A stretch of 31,726 nt of DNA, taken from positions 1 to 31,726 of IMG/VR virus record IMGVR_UViG_3300033067_000056. One strand, given 5' to 3'. Below are positions 1 to 8,563 of the stretch, piece after piece. The notes beneath the pieces were generated by a model. It was given only the letters and a program-made list of their open reading frames with translations. It was not told the origin of the DNA and did not search any database. Position 1 is the first letter of the stretch. Each line of letters starts with the position of its first letter. Source of the DNA: a virus (lineage: Duplodnaviria > Caudoviricetes). Position numbers and translations under genes: made by a program.

Positions 1-1
1 C

Positions 2-406
2 CAAGAACTACAAACTACTTTTCAATTAATTGACGAAACATACGGTCGCGGATGGGTTCATGACGACGATCCCAAGTTTACAGTTGCAGGTGTAATATAC
101 CTAAGCCCAGATGCACCTGATGGGTCTGGAACAACATTATACGGCGACCAAACAGATTTTAACGGCGACTTGTATACTGAGATTTTTATGAATGATGTGC
201 TAGTAGCAGATGCTGAAGAACGAGCTAGAGCTGCCAAGTACAGAGAAGAACAAATTTCTCACTTCACTCCAACTACAGAAATAGGGCATGTATACAATAG
301 ATGTATTATGTTTGATCCACGAACTTGGCATAGTGCTGATCAGTTCTTTGGAACTAACAAAGATAATACACGCCTAACACAAGTATTTTTTATCAGAGCA
401 CTCTAA
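2..406 (+). CDS. 2OG-Fe(II) oxygenase-fold protein (DUF6445-like), 5' truncated by the window edge
   Basis: The frame is open from base 2, upstream of the tracked 170 start, and reads QELQTTFQLIDETYGRGWVHDDDPKFTVAGVIYLSPDAPDGSGTTLY. It has an HxD motif, a distal His (TWHSA) and an R in RLTQVFF, the double-stranded beta-helix (DSBH) oxygenase pattern. Confidence 0.75.
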   Translation, partial: QELQTTFQLIDETYGRGWVHDDDPKFTVAGVIYLSPDAPDGSGTTLYGDQTDFNGDLYTEIFMNDVLVADAEERARAAKYREEQISHFTPTTEIGHVYNRCIMFDPRTWHSADQFFGTNKDNTRLTQVFFIRAL

Positions 407-1011
407 TGCGTAGAACACTAAAGCAACCTATAAAAATAATTGACGATTTCCTAGAAGCTCCAACACTATGGAGACACTTTGGTTTGCATCAATCACTGCA
501 ATCTGGAAATTATCCTGGGTTAGAGTCTGAACATATTGATGCATTAAACCCTGCATTGTTCCACAGAATTGCCTCTAAATTAATCAAGCACATACCTACT
601 GCTACTTCTTTTTCTTATTTGAAAATAACATATTCATTGGTAGATGCATCGTATAATGCTGGATGGATTAAACAATCTGATCCTGCATGTAATATTTCAG
701 GAACTATATTTTTAGATCCTGCGCCTACATTGAACACTGGTCTACAGTTCTTTACTAAAATTAAAGACAGTGATCAAAACTATTATAAAATGTTTGACGA
801 TGAAGTTGCGGCAAGTCCAATAGACCGTGCAGGCTTTATCAAATACAAGGATGAACAGGCATCATTATTCCGTCGAAATATGACTGTTGAAAATGTTATG
901 AATCGATGTGTGTTGTTCCATCCTGATGAATGGTATCGAGTTCCTAGCTACTACGGATCAACACTAGAAGATTCTAGACTAGTTATTAACTTTGTTGGAA
1001 TAGCAATATGA
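406..1011 (+). CDS. Paralog of the upstream DSBH oxygenase, lacking the Fe-binding residues
   Basis: Aligns by eye with the upstream ORF (GWIKQSDP vs GWVHDDDP; NRCVLFHPDEWYRV vs NRCIMFDPRTWHSA; SRLVINF vs TRLTQVF). TAATG stop/start overlap at 404-408. Confidence 0.7.
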   Translation: MRRTLKQPIKIIDDFLEAPTLWRHFGLHQSLQSGNYPGLESEHIDALNPALFHRIASKLIKHIPTATSFSYLKITYSLVDASYNAGWIKQSDPACNISGTIFLDPAPTLNTGLQFFTKIKDSDQNYYKMFDDEVAASPIDRAGFIKYKDEQASLFRRNMTVENVMNRCVLFHPDEWYRVPSYYGSTLEDSRLVINFVGIAI

Positions 1012-1625
1012 ACACACAGTACGGATCATTTGCAAATTACGGTTTTATCAAAGCCCAAGTGCCTACGCCTTTATTAGAAAAGTTGCGAGCTGAAGTTGAC
1101 GAGCTAGATGCATCATCGCCTAAATTCAACATGAACTTAGCAGGCAATCTTGAGTCAGAATTTAAGCTAGGTAAGAATAAGGAAGAGCTAGAAGCGTTCT
1201 TATTAACTCTGTGTCAAATGTATACACAGTCTTGGGACTTGACTAGAACTGTAAAAGATTTGAGATCTGATAATTTAGAATTGTATAGTCATTGGGTTAA
1301 TCTGCAAAAGAAGCACGAATTTAATCCGATGCATTCACATGACGGAGCATATAGCTTTGCCTTATGGTTAAAAGTTCCGTACACTATACAAGATGAAATT
1401 AATCATCCAAGTAGTGTTAACTCCAATTCCCCACGCGGCGGCATGTTTTCTTTCATATATACTAACATATTTGGAGAAATTAGAGAAGCTGAGTTTCCTG
1501 TAGATCGTAGTTACGAAGGTACTGTATTTTTGTTTCCCTCGTGTTTACAGCATACAGTATACCCATTCCGCAGTTCAGATGACACTAGGATATCTATCTC
1601 GGGAAATTTAAGAAGAAAATTATGA
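1008..1625 (+). CDS. Putative 2OG-Fe(II) oxygenase (HxH type, TIGR02466-like)
   Basis: WVNLQ..FNPMHSHDG, LFPSCLQHTVYPF and RISISGN motifs; ATGA overlap with the previous gene. Confidence 0.8.
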   Translation: MNTQYGSFANYGFIKAQVPTPLLEKLRAEVDELDASSPKFNMNLAGNLESEFKLGKNKEELEAFLLTLCQMYTQSWDLTRTVKDLRSDNLELYSHWVNLQKKHEFNPMHSHDGAYSFALWLKVPYTIQDEINHPSSVNSNSPRGGMFSFIYTNIFGEIREAEFPVDRSYEGTVFLFPSCLQHTVYPFRSSDDTRISISGNLRRKL

Positions 1626-2233
1626 ATGATATTATAGAGATTGAAAATGTTATCCCGTTAGATTATCAAAAGCATCTATTGGACTTAACTACTGGATTTA
1701 ATTTTCCATGGGTGCTAAACAAGAATATCGTATCAGGCGATGACTGTTTTGCAGACCAAAAAAATAATCCGGCGGGTTTCAATCACTTCTTTTACGAGAA
1801 TAATAAACCAACTAGCAACTTCTTTGATATAATTTATCCGATGGTTATGAGCATAACTAGCCAAGTTAAAGACTTGCCTATTAATAGATTAATCCGTGCT
1901 CGTGCAAACTTAACACTGGCTAATCATGCTCCTGAAGCTGATCAGTTTATGCCTCATATTGATAGTTTCTTTCCACACTATGTTGCTATCTACTATGTCA
2001 ATGATAGTGACGGAGATACAATTATCTTTAATGAAACTAATGATACATATGACTCAGGCGATACAGACATTAATAAAATCAAAACAGGTCCATTTACTAT
2101 CAAGCGTCGAGTAACACCTAAGCAAGGCAAGGTATTATTGTTTCCTGGAAATTATTATCATACAGCTAGCTTCTGCAAATCGTCAAAGTACAGATGTTTG
2201 ATCAACATGAATTTAGGATCATTCTTACTATGA
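1622..2233 (+). CDS. Putative 2OG-Fe(II) oxygenase
   Basis: PHIDS (HxD), IYYVNDSDGDT, LFPGNYYHTAS and RCLIN motifs; ATGA overlap. Confidence 0.8.
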   Translation: MNDIIEIENVIPLDYQKHLLDLTTGFNFPWVLNKNIVSGDDCFADQKNNPAGFNHFFYENNKPTSNFFDIIYPMVMSITSQVKDLPINRLIRARANLTLANHAPEADQFMPHIDSFFPHYVAIYYVNDSDGDTIIFNETNDTYDSGDTDINKIKTGPFTIKRRVTPKQGKVLLFPGNYYHTASFCKSSKYRCLINMNLGSFLL

Positions 2234-2784
2234 AAGATTATATACTACACCAATCAGAGTATATTCTGACACATCGTAATGACATTGATATTCATCTTGC
2301 AGAAGCACACAATAATTTTAAAAGATTATTTCCCACTGCTGACTCGACTTGGTCTTATAACAAATATAATCTGTTTGCACTAACTGCACCGTCTAGCATT
2401 TTTTATGAAATGTATAAAGAATTAAGAAATATAGTCAGAGGACAGTTAGGCGATCAAAGACCGTTATGGATACAAGCGTGGGTTAACTATCACAGACCTG
2501 AAGAAGTATTAGATTGGCACGAACACGAATTTGATTATCACGGATATATTAGCATTGATCCTAAACGCACAAATACTGTGTTCGAAGGATATTCTATAGA
2601 AAATAAACCTGGACAAATATATTTTGGCCCAGGTTATAGAAAACATAAAGTAGAAGTATTAGAACCTTTTGAAGGTTATAGAACTACTATTGGTTTTGAT
2701 ATACATGCAACTCCAGTTAATCCGCTAGTTCAAGACTATATCGAGTTACCGTTTGTTAACATGTCACTGATACCCTTATTATGA
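2230..2784 (+). CDS. Putative 2OG-Fe(II) oxygenase (HxH type)
   Basis: AWVNYH..LDWHEH, RKHKV and RTTIGFD motifs. Start set at ATG 2230 because it forms an ATGA overlap with the upstream stop. Confidence 0.7.
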   Translation: MKDYILHQSEYILTHRNDIDIHLAEAHNNFKRLFPTADSTWSYNKYNLFALTAPSSIFYEMYKELRNIVRGQLGDQRPLWIQAWVNYHRPEEVLDWHEHEFDYHGYISIDPKRTNTVFEGYSIENKPGQIYFGPGYRKHKVEVLEPFEGYRTTIGFDIHATPVNPLVQDYIELPFVNMSLIPLL

Positions 2785-3416
2785 AAGACGATTATATAAT
2801 TATTAAAAACGCAGTTTCACCTGACTTGTGTAAGTTTATTGCACTTGAATATGAAATGATGGAAACTGTTTGCAATCATTTATATCAAGGCGCTGACTTA
2901 TCTGACCTATGTAAAAACACATTTGCTAGATACAGTCCCTTAATGATGGAAGCATTGAGTGTGCAACTACAACCACAAATTGAGACAGCAGTTAACATGC
3001 GATTATTTCCTACCTATTCATATGCTAGAATATACTATGAGGGTAGCGAGTTACAACAGCACTTTGATAGGCCTAGTTCAGAAGTCACTGTAAGTGTATG
3101 CTTAGAAAAAGGCGTAGACTGGCCATTATATGTGCAGAATGCAGAAGGTGTAACTCATGCACTTGAGTTAGAAGTTGGTGATATTGGAATATATTCAGGG
3201 CGCAAACACAAACATTGGCGCGAACCGTTATCTGGAAAAAGACACATTCAGGCGTTTTTACAATATGTAAATGCTGAAGGTGACGATGCCTGGCTAAAGT
3301 GGGATACTCGGGCTTGTTTAGGCTTACCCTTTGAGTATACTAGCCAGGCAATTCAAAATGAGCTAAAGCACATTGCTAGCGTTAAGGACTTGCTCGATAA
3401 CGCTAGAAGAAATTAA
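2781..3416 (+). CDS. 2OG-Fe(II) oxygenase, prolyl-hydroxylase-like phage family
   Basis: PTYSYARIY..L..HFDRPSSE.TVS, GD..IYSG..HKHWRE and QAFLQYV motifs, typical of phage 2OG oxygenases. Confidence 0.8.
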   Translation: MKDDYIIIKNAVSPDLCKFIALEYEMMETVCNHLYQGADLSDLCKNTFARYSPLMMEALSVQLQPQIETAVNMRLFPTYSYARIYYEGSELQQHFDRPSSEVTVSVCLEKGVDWPLYVQNAEGVTHALELEVGDIGIYSGRKHKHWREPLSGKRHIQAFLQYVNAEGDDAWLKWDTRACLGLPFEYTSQAIQNELKHIASVKDLLDNARRN

Positions 3417-3584
3417 TTAGGCTTCTTCAACTAAGAACGGGCCGGCTACGATTCTTTTAACACCGTGGCGCTCTTCAAAAATCTTTGCGGCTTCGTCTCT
3501 ATTTTTAGCTTCGCAAGTATCTTCCATAACGGCTAGTGTCCCTGCTGGTTCAGGCTGTCTTAGAATCATCTTATATGTAGGCAT
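3417..3584 (-). CDS. Small 55-aa protein missing from the ORF track (MPTYKMILRQPEPAGTLAVMEDTCEAKNRDEAAKIFEERHGVKRIVAGPFLVEEA)
   Basis: ATG at 3584, AAAAGGAG Shine-Dalgarno just upstream and a CATAAATA motif at 3606-3613 (-). It fills the intergenic gap exactly, with its TAA abutting the TAA of the convergent gene. Confidence 0.8.
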   Translation of the reverse strand: MPTYKMILRQPEPAGTLAVMEDTCEAKNRDEAAKIFEERHGVKRIVAGPFLVEEA

Positions 3585-3608
3585 TGTATGTCTCCTTTTA
3601 CTATCTAT

Positions 3609-5168
3609 TTATGCTGTGCGCTGGACCCATTCTTCAATGGTCCAAAACGGCTTAACGAGATCTTGGTATCTCGATTCGTTGATATTTAGTACTTTTTGTC
3701 CTATGGGCAATAGTCGTTGATGCACATTTGCCATAGTAGAATGATCAAATACTGTTAGTCCTTGCAGAACCATTAGCCATGCAGTGTATGAATACCCGTT
3801 AACATACGGCTCTGCATCAGTACACATGTAGTATTTCTTCCAGCCTGCTAGTTTTTCTTGCAAGCTATCAGGAACACGGAAGCTATCATATGCATGGCTT
3901 TTCCAGAAATCTGTATCTCTGCGTTGTCCTCGATAATGCAATGCTAAGAAATCTCTGATGTCTTCAGTAATATGCCATACACGATCGTTAAATCTATCAA
4001 CACGGGCAGTATCTATGTCAGCCTCAAATGGCTTCCACAAGTCGAATAGTGCCCATAAGTTCTCAATAATAACACCAACTCCGTTAGCTTCTAAGGGCTC
4101 TAAAAATCCACTACTAAGTCCAATAGCTATAGTATTATTACGCCATGCTTTTTTCATGATGCCTGGAGTGAAACTAAAATTTGCAATAGGTTCAATATGC
4201 TCACCAAACTTTTGTCTTGCTTCGTCTAAGGCTTGATCAAGTGTTAGATGATCGGGATCATAAATGTAACCGTTGCCTGAACGATGTCTAAGGTTGATAT
4301 TCCAACTCCAACCATACTTCATTGCCGTGGCATTTGTTGTTACTGAATATTCAGGTTTATCCCACCATGCTACTACTGCTCTCGCTGGGAAGTAATTAGT
4401 GTAATCTACAATAGGTTCTTGATAAACTTTGCCAACTAATAGTCTAGAAAATCCTGAACAGTCAAAGAACCAATCAGCAGGTAAATCACGCTGACCGTCT
4501 AACACTATACTTGTAATGTTACCCTTCTCATCTTGAATAGCATGTTGGTATTCACCTTCAACTAAGTTTATACCCCTAGCTAATGCAGTGCTCTTAAAGT
4601 ATGCGGCACCCGCTCTGCTTTCAAAATGCCACATAGGAACACATGGCAACTCAAAGTTAGATGCACCAAATGGTACTTTATTTTCTTCAATGAACTTGTT
4701 AGCGTAGAATGCTTTTGCTAGAGGAGTGTTGTTAGCAATGATTGTTTTTAAGTAAACATCTTTTTCTTTTTCAGCATTAAGTATGCTAAACACTGTGCCT
4801 AAATTTAATTCTTCTTGAGGTGCATTGTTAACATAATCAGTCCAGCCGTCTAGCCACGGAGCATGATCTGTTTGCAAGCAATGAATGAATTCACTACCAA
4901 CTCCGTTCCAATCTTTAAACTTACCGCCTAACTTAGGAGTGGCATTTACTTCACGAACAAAATGGTCGTTATCAATTTTTAAATGTCTTAACAAAGCAAC
5001 AAAAGTAGTAGTACCACTTTCGCCTGCAATGATAGGAGGACGCTTAGGATCTTCTACTACAGTGATATCAACTTTAGGCCAGTTGCGTTGTATAAACAAT
5101 GCAGTTAGCCAGCCAGCAGTACCGCCGCCGAGTACTACAACTTTAGAATTTGTATTTAATTTCTTCAT
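3609..5168 (-). CDS. Flavin-dependent halogenase, tryptophan halogenase family (copy 3)
   Basis: GGGTAG FAD motif, AGES, ATPKLG (catalytic Lys position), FDCSGF, WSWNIN (WxWxIP variant), FLEPLEANG. Start set at ATG 5168 (MKKLN). Confidence 0.85.
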   Translation of the reverse strand: MKKLNTNSKVVVLGGGTAGWLTALFIQRNWPKVDITVVEDPKRPPIIAGESGTTTFVALLRHLKIDNDHFVREVNATPKLGGKFKDWNGVGSEFIHCLQTDHAPWLDGWTDYVNNAPQEELNLGTVFSILNAEKEKDVYLKTIIANNTPLAKAFYANKFIEENKVPFGASNFELPCVPMWHFESRAGAAYFKSTALARGINLVEGEYQHAIQDEKGNITSIVLDGQRDLPADWFFDCSGFSRLLVGKVYQEPIVDYTNYFPARAVVAWWDKPEYSVTTNATAMKYGWSWNINLRHRSGNGYIYDPDHLTLDQALDEARQKFGEHIEPIANFSFTPGIMKKAWRNNTIAIGLSSGFLEPLEANGVGVIIENLWALFDLWKPFEADIDTARVDRFNDRVWHITEDIRDFLALHYRGQRRDTDFWKSHAYDSFRVPDSLQEKLAGWKKYYMCTDAEPYVNGYSYTAWLMVLQGLTVFDHSTMANVHQRLLPIGQKVLNINESRYQDLVKPFWTIEEWVQRTA

Positions 5169-6645
5169 ATCTGTCTTTAAGAATGTTAATTGCCTGACGG
5201 TGAGTAAACACTGGCTCGTTAGTAGCAATCATATTACCTTCTGCAATCATTTTATTTGATATAGTAGTAAACATATCTAAGTGCTTTTTGTACTTGTCAT
5301 CAATCGCGGCAGTATTAAACATGTCTAGTCCGTGCATGACTTGAGCATAATTCAAGTGCGAGAACAGTTGCATCGGAGTGTTAAAGTACATAACATTTGG
5401 AAAACTATTTTTAAAATAGTCTAAGTACTGTCGATTAAAATCAGTTAGAGTTAACTCATTTTTACACCACTTCCAAAAGTCTGTATCTTCTCGTTTTGTA
5501 AAATAGTGTAGCTGAATAAAGTCAACAATATTCTTGGCAATGATTTCCATATCGTGATTATATTTGCTAGCTGTTAGTTCTTCTCCTTTGGAATAGAAGA
5601 ACACCGACGGGACTAGCATAAAACATTGTTGTATTGTAGTACCGATACTGGATGCTTCTAATGGTTCAACAAAAATCCCACTAAGACCAATAGTAACGCA
5701 GTTCTTCATCCAGAACTTATCCACATATCCGGCGCCAAATTTAACTCGACGGCCTACTTGTATGTTATCAGTAATCTTTAACTCTTTATAGTATTCAGAC
5801 ACTTCGTCGTATGCTTGAGTCTCGTTGATAAATTCATCACAAAATACATACCCGTTACCGTATCTCTCTTGAGTTGGAATTCTCCACACCCATCCGCTGC
5901 CTAATGCAGTTGCTTCAGTATATGAAGGAATGTCTTCAGTATAGCCTGTGGGAAATGCAATGGCACTATTCATAGGCAGTTGGCTAGTACAGTCAATCCA
6001 TTTAGCACCTAACTTGGAAGCAATTACTCTTCTAAAGCCGCTACAGTCAATATAGAAATCATACAGATGACTAGTGCCGGTTTTGTCAATCAACTCTTTA
6101 ACATATCCTTGTTCATCTAATACAACTTCGTTAACTTCTGTATCGACAATATTGATGTTTCGTTCTCTGCACAATCTATGCAAATAGTCATTAAGTTTAA
6201 AAGTGTCAAAATGATATTGACTTAAAATTCCGTGCAATGGTTCTACATGTTTACTATCTTGAGAAAGTTTCCATGAAGTGTCTAAAGGATCCCAGTTTTC
6301 ACCAATCATCCTAATCCAAGTGTGCGGTAATCCGTTTTCTTTAGCATGGCCGCCGTATTGCTCACTTAGACTATGGAAGTAATGTGTACCGTTGCCTTGC
6401 CAGTTAGTAAACTTAATTCCCATTTTGAAAGTAGCACCTGCTTCTCTAATTAAATCAGGTACGCTTATGCCTACATGGTCAATAAACTTTTTCCAGTGTT
6501 CTGTGCTGCCTTCGCCTACACCGATGATTCCTAGTTGACTAGATTCAATCATGGTGATTTTAAGATTAGGCCATGCTTTTCTCATTATTAAAGCAGACAC
6601 TAGACCACTAGTTCCGCCTCCTAAAATACATAATGAATCTATCAT
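5143..6645 (-). CDS. Flavin-dependent halogenase, tryptophan halogenase family (copy 2)
   Basis: GGGTSG, IGVGEGS, ATFKMGIKF, IDCSGF, canonical WVWRIP, FVEPLEASS. Confidence 0.9.
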   Translation of the reverse strand: MIDSLCILGGGTSGLVSALIMRKAWPNLKITMIESSQLGIIGVGEGSTEHWKKFIDHVGISVPDLIREAGATFKMGIKFTNWQGNGTHYFHSLSEQYGGHAKENGLPHTWIRMIGENWDPLDTSWKLSQDSKHVEPLHGILSQYHFDTFKLNDYLHRLCRERNINIVDTEVNEVVLDEQGYVKELIDKTGTSHLYDFYIDCSGFRRVIASKLGAKWIDCTSQLPMNSAIAFPTGYTEDIPSYTEATALGSGWVWRIPTQERYGNGYVFCDEFINETQAYDEVSEYYKELKITDNIQVGRRVKFGAGYVDKFWMKNCVTIGLSGIFVEPLEASSIGTTIQQCFMLVPSVFFYSKGEELTASKYNHDMEIIAKNIVDFIQLHYFTKREDTDFWKWCKNELTLTDFNRQYLDYFKNSFPNVMYFNTPMQLFSHLNYAQVMHGLDMFNTAAIDDKYKKHLDMFTTISNKMIAEGNMIATNEPVFTHRQAINILKDRYEEIKYKF

Positions 6646-8117
6646 AGGGTATATCCTTTTGTTCGATCTTTAATAATATCTACTGCTTGTCTGCAAGTAT
6701 AGAATGTATCAGTGTCTAATGTAGGGACGCTGGCTACTTGCATAATTGACGCTTGTGTTAAGTGGCTATGTAATGCATCATAACATTTTTTAACATTGGG
6801 TCTATCAAACATTCTAAGCCCGTGCATAACTTGTACCCAGTTTAAAACATCATAAATGTTGTAGTTATTTACAGGCAAGGCTAGCTGATTGATAAAGTTC
6901 TTTTTAAAAATTTCTAAATGTTCTACATTAAAGTCTGTCATCTTTAAATTAGTCTTACACCACTGCCAGAACTCTGAATCATTGCGTTCAGTAAAATAGT
7001 GCAGTTGGATAAAGTCTAAAATATTAAACATCACTTCGTCAAATATTTTATTATAGTGTTTCGGTGTCACAGTATCGTTACGATCCCATGTCGCCAATGC
7101 TCCAGCTAATACTCGTGCTTGCTGGACTGTTGTAGAAATACTACTGGCTTCTAATGGTTCCACAAAGCTACTGCTCAAGCCGATACTAACACAGTTCTTA
7201 ATCCAGAATCGATCAATCTTACCAGATACAAAGTTTACTTTGCGACCAATATTAATAGCGTCTGGGAATAGCTGTTGTATCTCGTCAAGCGCCTGTGTTT
7301 CAGAAATAAATTGATCGCTGAATACATACCCGTTACCAAATCTATCCTGCACTGGACTGCGCCAATGCCAGCCACTACTTAGTGCCTTAGCTAGTGTGTA
7401 AGGCGGAAGCTGTTCTTGATATGCGCTCGGAAATGCTATGGCGCTGTTCATAGGCAAGTGTGCAGACCAGTCAACCCATGTTGATCCAAGTTTGCTACTA
7501 ATAACTCTACGAAACCCGCTACTGTCAACAAAGAAGTCTGCAGAATATTTTACATTGTTAGTATCAACAATTGACTCAACGAAGCCTTCGTTGTCTATTA
7601 ATGCATCTACAATTTCTGCATCTATAACGGTGATGCCTCGTTCTCCACACTTTCTTAAAAATAAGCTGTTTAGCTTTTCGCTGTCAAAGTGAAACTGTGA
7701 AAAGTATTCACTACCAGGAATCATTCCGTTCATAGCTAAGTCCCAGTGTAGCTCTTCAGTACCTACCCCTTCACTAATCATTCTCATCATAGTATATGGA
7801 GTACCGGTGTAGTTGTCCATTGAAATTAAGTATTCAGGCAAACTGTGATAGTAGCTAGTACCATCTCCGTGCCAGTTTTCAAATTTGATACCTGCCTTAA
7901 GAGTTGCACCTGCTTCTCTAATCAGCTCCCAAGTTTCAATTCCAGTTGCTTTTGCAAATATGTCCCAGTGTTCAGTACTGCCTTCACCAACGCCAATAGT
8001 ACCAATCTTTGCAGACTTAACTACTGTAATGTTTAAACTAGGTAACGATGCTCTCAGATATAATGCGGTCATCAAGCCTGCATTGCCGCCACCTAACACA
8101 ATTAAATTTTTTGTCAT
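6642..8117 (-). CDS. Flavin-dependent halogenase, tryptophan halogenase family (copy 1)
   Basis: GGGNAG, IGVGEGS, ATLKAGIKF, VDSSGF, WHWRSP (WxWxIP variant), FVEPLEASS. Confidence 0.9.
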   Translation of the reverse strand: MTKNLIVLGGGNAGLMTALYLRASLPSLNITVVKSAKIGTIGVGEGSTEHWDIFAKATGIETWELIREAGATLKAGIKFENWHGDGTSYYHSLPEYLISMDNYTGTPYTMMRMISEGVGTEELHWDLAMNGMIPGSEYFSQFHFDSEKLNSLFLRKCGERGITVIDAEIVDALIDNEGFVESIVDTNNVKYSADFFVDSSGFRRVISSKLGSTWVDWSAHLPMNSAIAFPSAYQEQLPPYTLAKALSSGWHWRSPVQDRFGNGYVFSDQFISETQALDEIQQLFPDAINIGRKVNFVSGKIDRFWIKNCVSIGLSSSFVEPLEASSISTTVQQARVLAGALATWDRNDTVTPKHYNKIFDEVMFNILDFIQLHYFTERNDSEFWQWCKTNLKMTDFNVEHLEIFKKNFINQLALPVNNYNIYDVLNWVQVMHGLRMFDRPNVKKCYDALHSHLTQASIMQVASVPTLDTDTFYTCRQAVDIIKDRTKGYTL

Positions 8118-8563
8118 ATTAATTCTACAATATCAAATACTGTTTGGAGTTTTGTACGGATAGTCTTATTGCTAAAACTATTACGCAATCCTTGATGTAA
8201 CGGTTTAGGAGCCCAGTCTATTGTAGACCATGCCCATGCACAATGATCTTCGCTTAGTGTTGGAACAAATTCTTTTTCAACAACGCACAAGTAAGTGTGG
8301 AAATTAAAGACTGTGTCATTACTAACGAATGTCTCAATCGGGAGTGTTTTAATAATATCGGGCATGAAGCCGATTTCTTCAACCATTTCGCGCTGAAGAC
8401 CTTGCCATGGGTTTTCGCCGGCGATGTTAGTACCGCCAACAAGGCCCCATGTGCCTTGGTGTTTGCCTCTTGACTTTTGGACTAATAAGAACCTGCGACT
8501 AGCTTTAGCGTAGATCAATGCTCCGCTACATACTATTTTATCTGTTACAGTTCTAGTCTCCAT
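8114..8563 (-). CDS. Nudix hydrolase
   Basis: Nudix box GGTNIAGENPWQGLQREMVEEIG (Gx5Ex7REUxEExG). Confidence 0.9.
   Translation of the reverse strand: METRTVTDKIVCSGALIYAKASRRFLLVQKSRGKHQGTWGLVGGTNIAGENPWQGLQREMVEEIGFMPDIIKTLPIETFVSNDTVFNFHTYLCVVEKEFVPTLSEDHCAWAWSTIDWAPKPLHQGLRNSFSNKTIRTKLQTVFDIVELI

Noticed and set aside
1-3416. 2OG-dependent halogenases among the oxygenase array
   Set aside because: These need HxA/HxG in place of HxD/E. The motifs seen are HxD, HxH or fully lost.
3417-8117. Classical tryptophan-derived natural product or RiPP cluster
   Set aside because: No scaffold synthase, protease or transporter in the window, and the small ORF has no Trp or recognisable leader motif. 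Kept only as a hypothesis.
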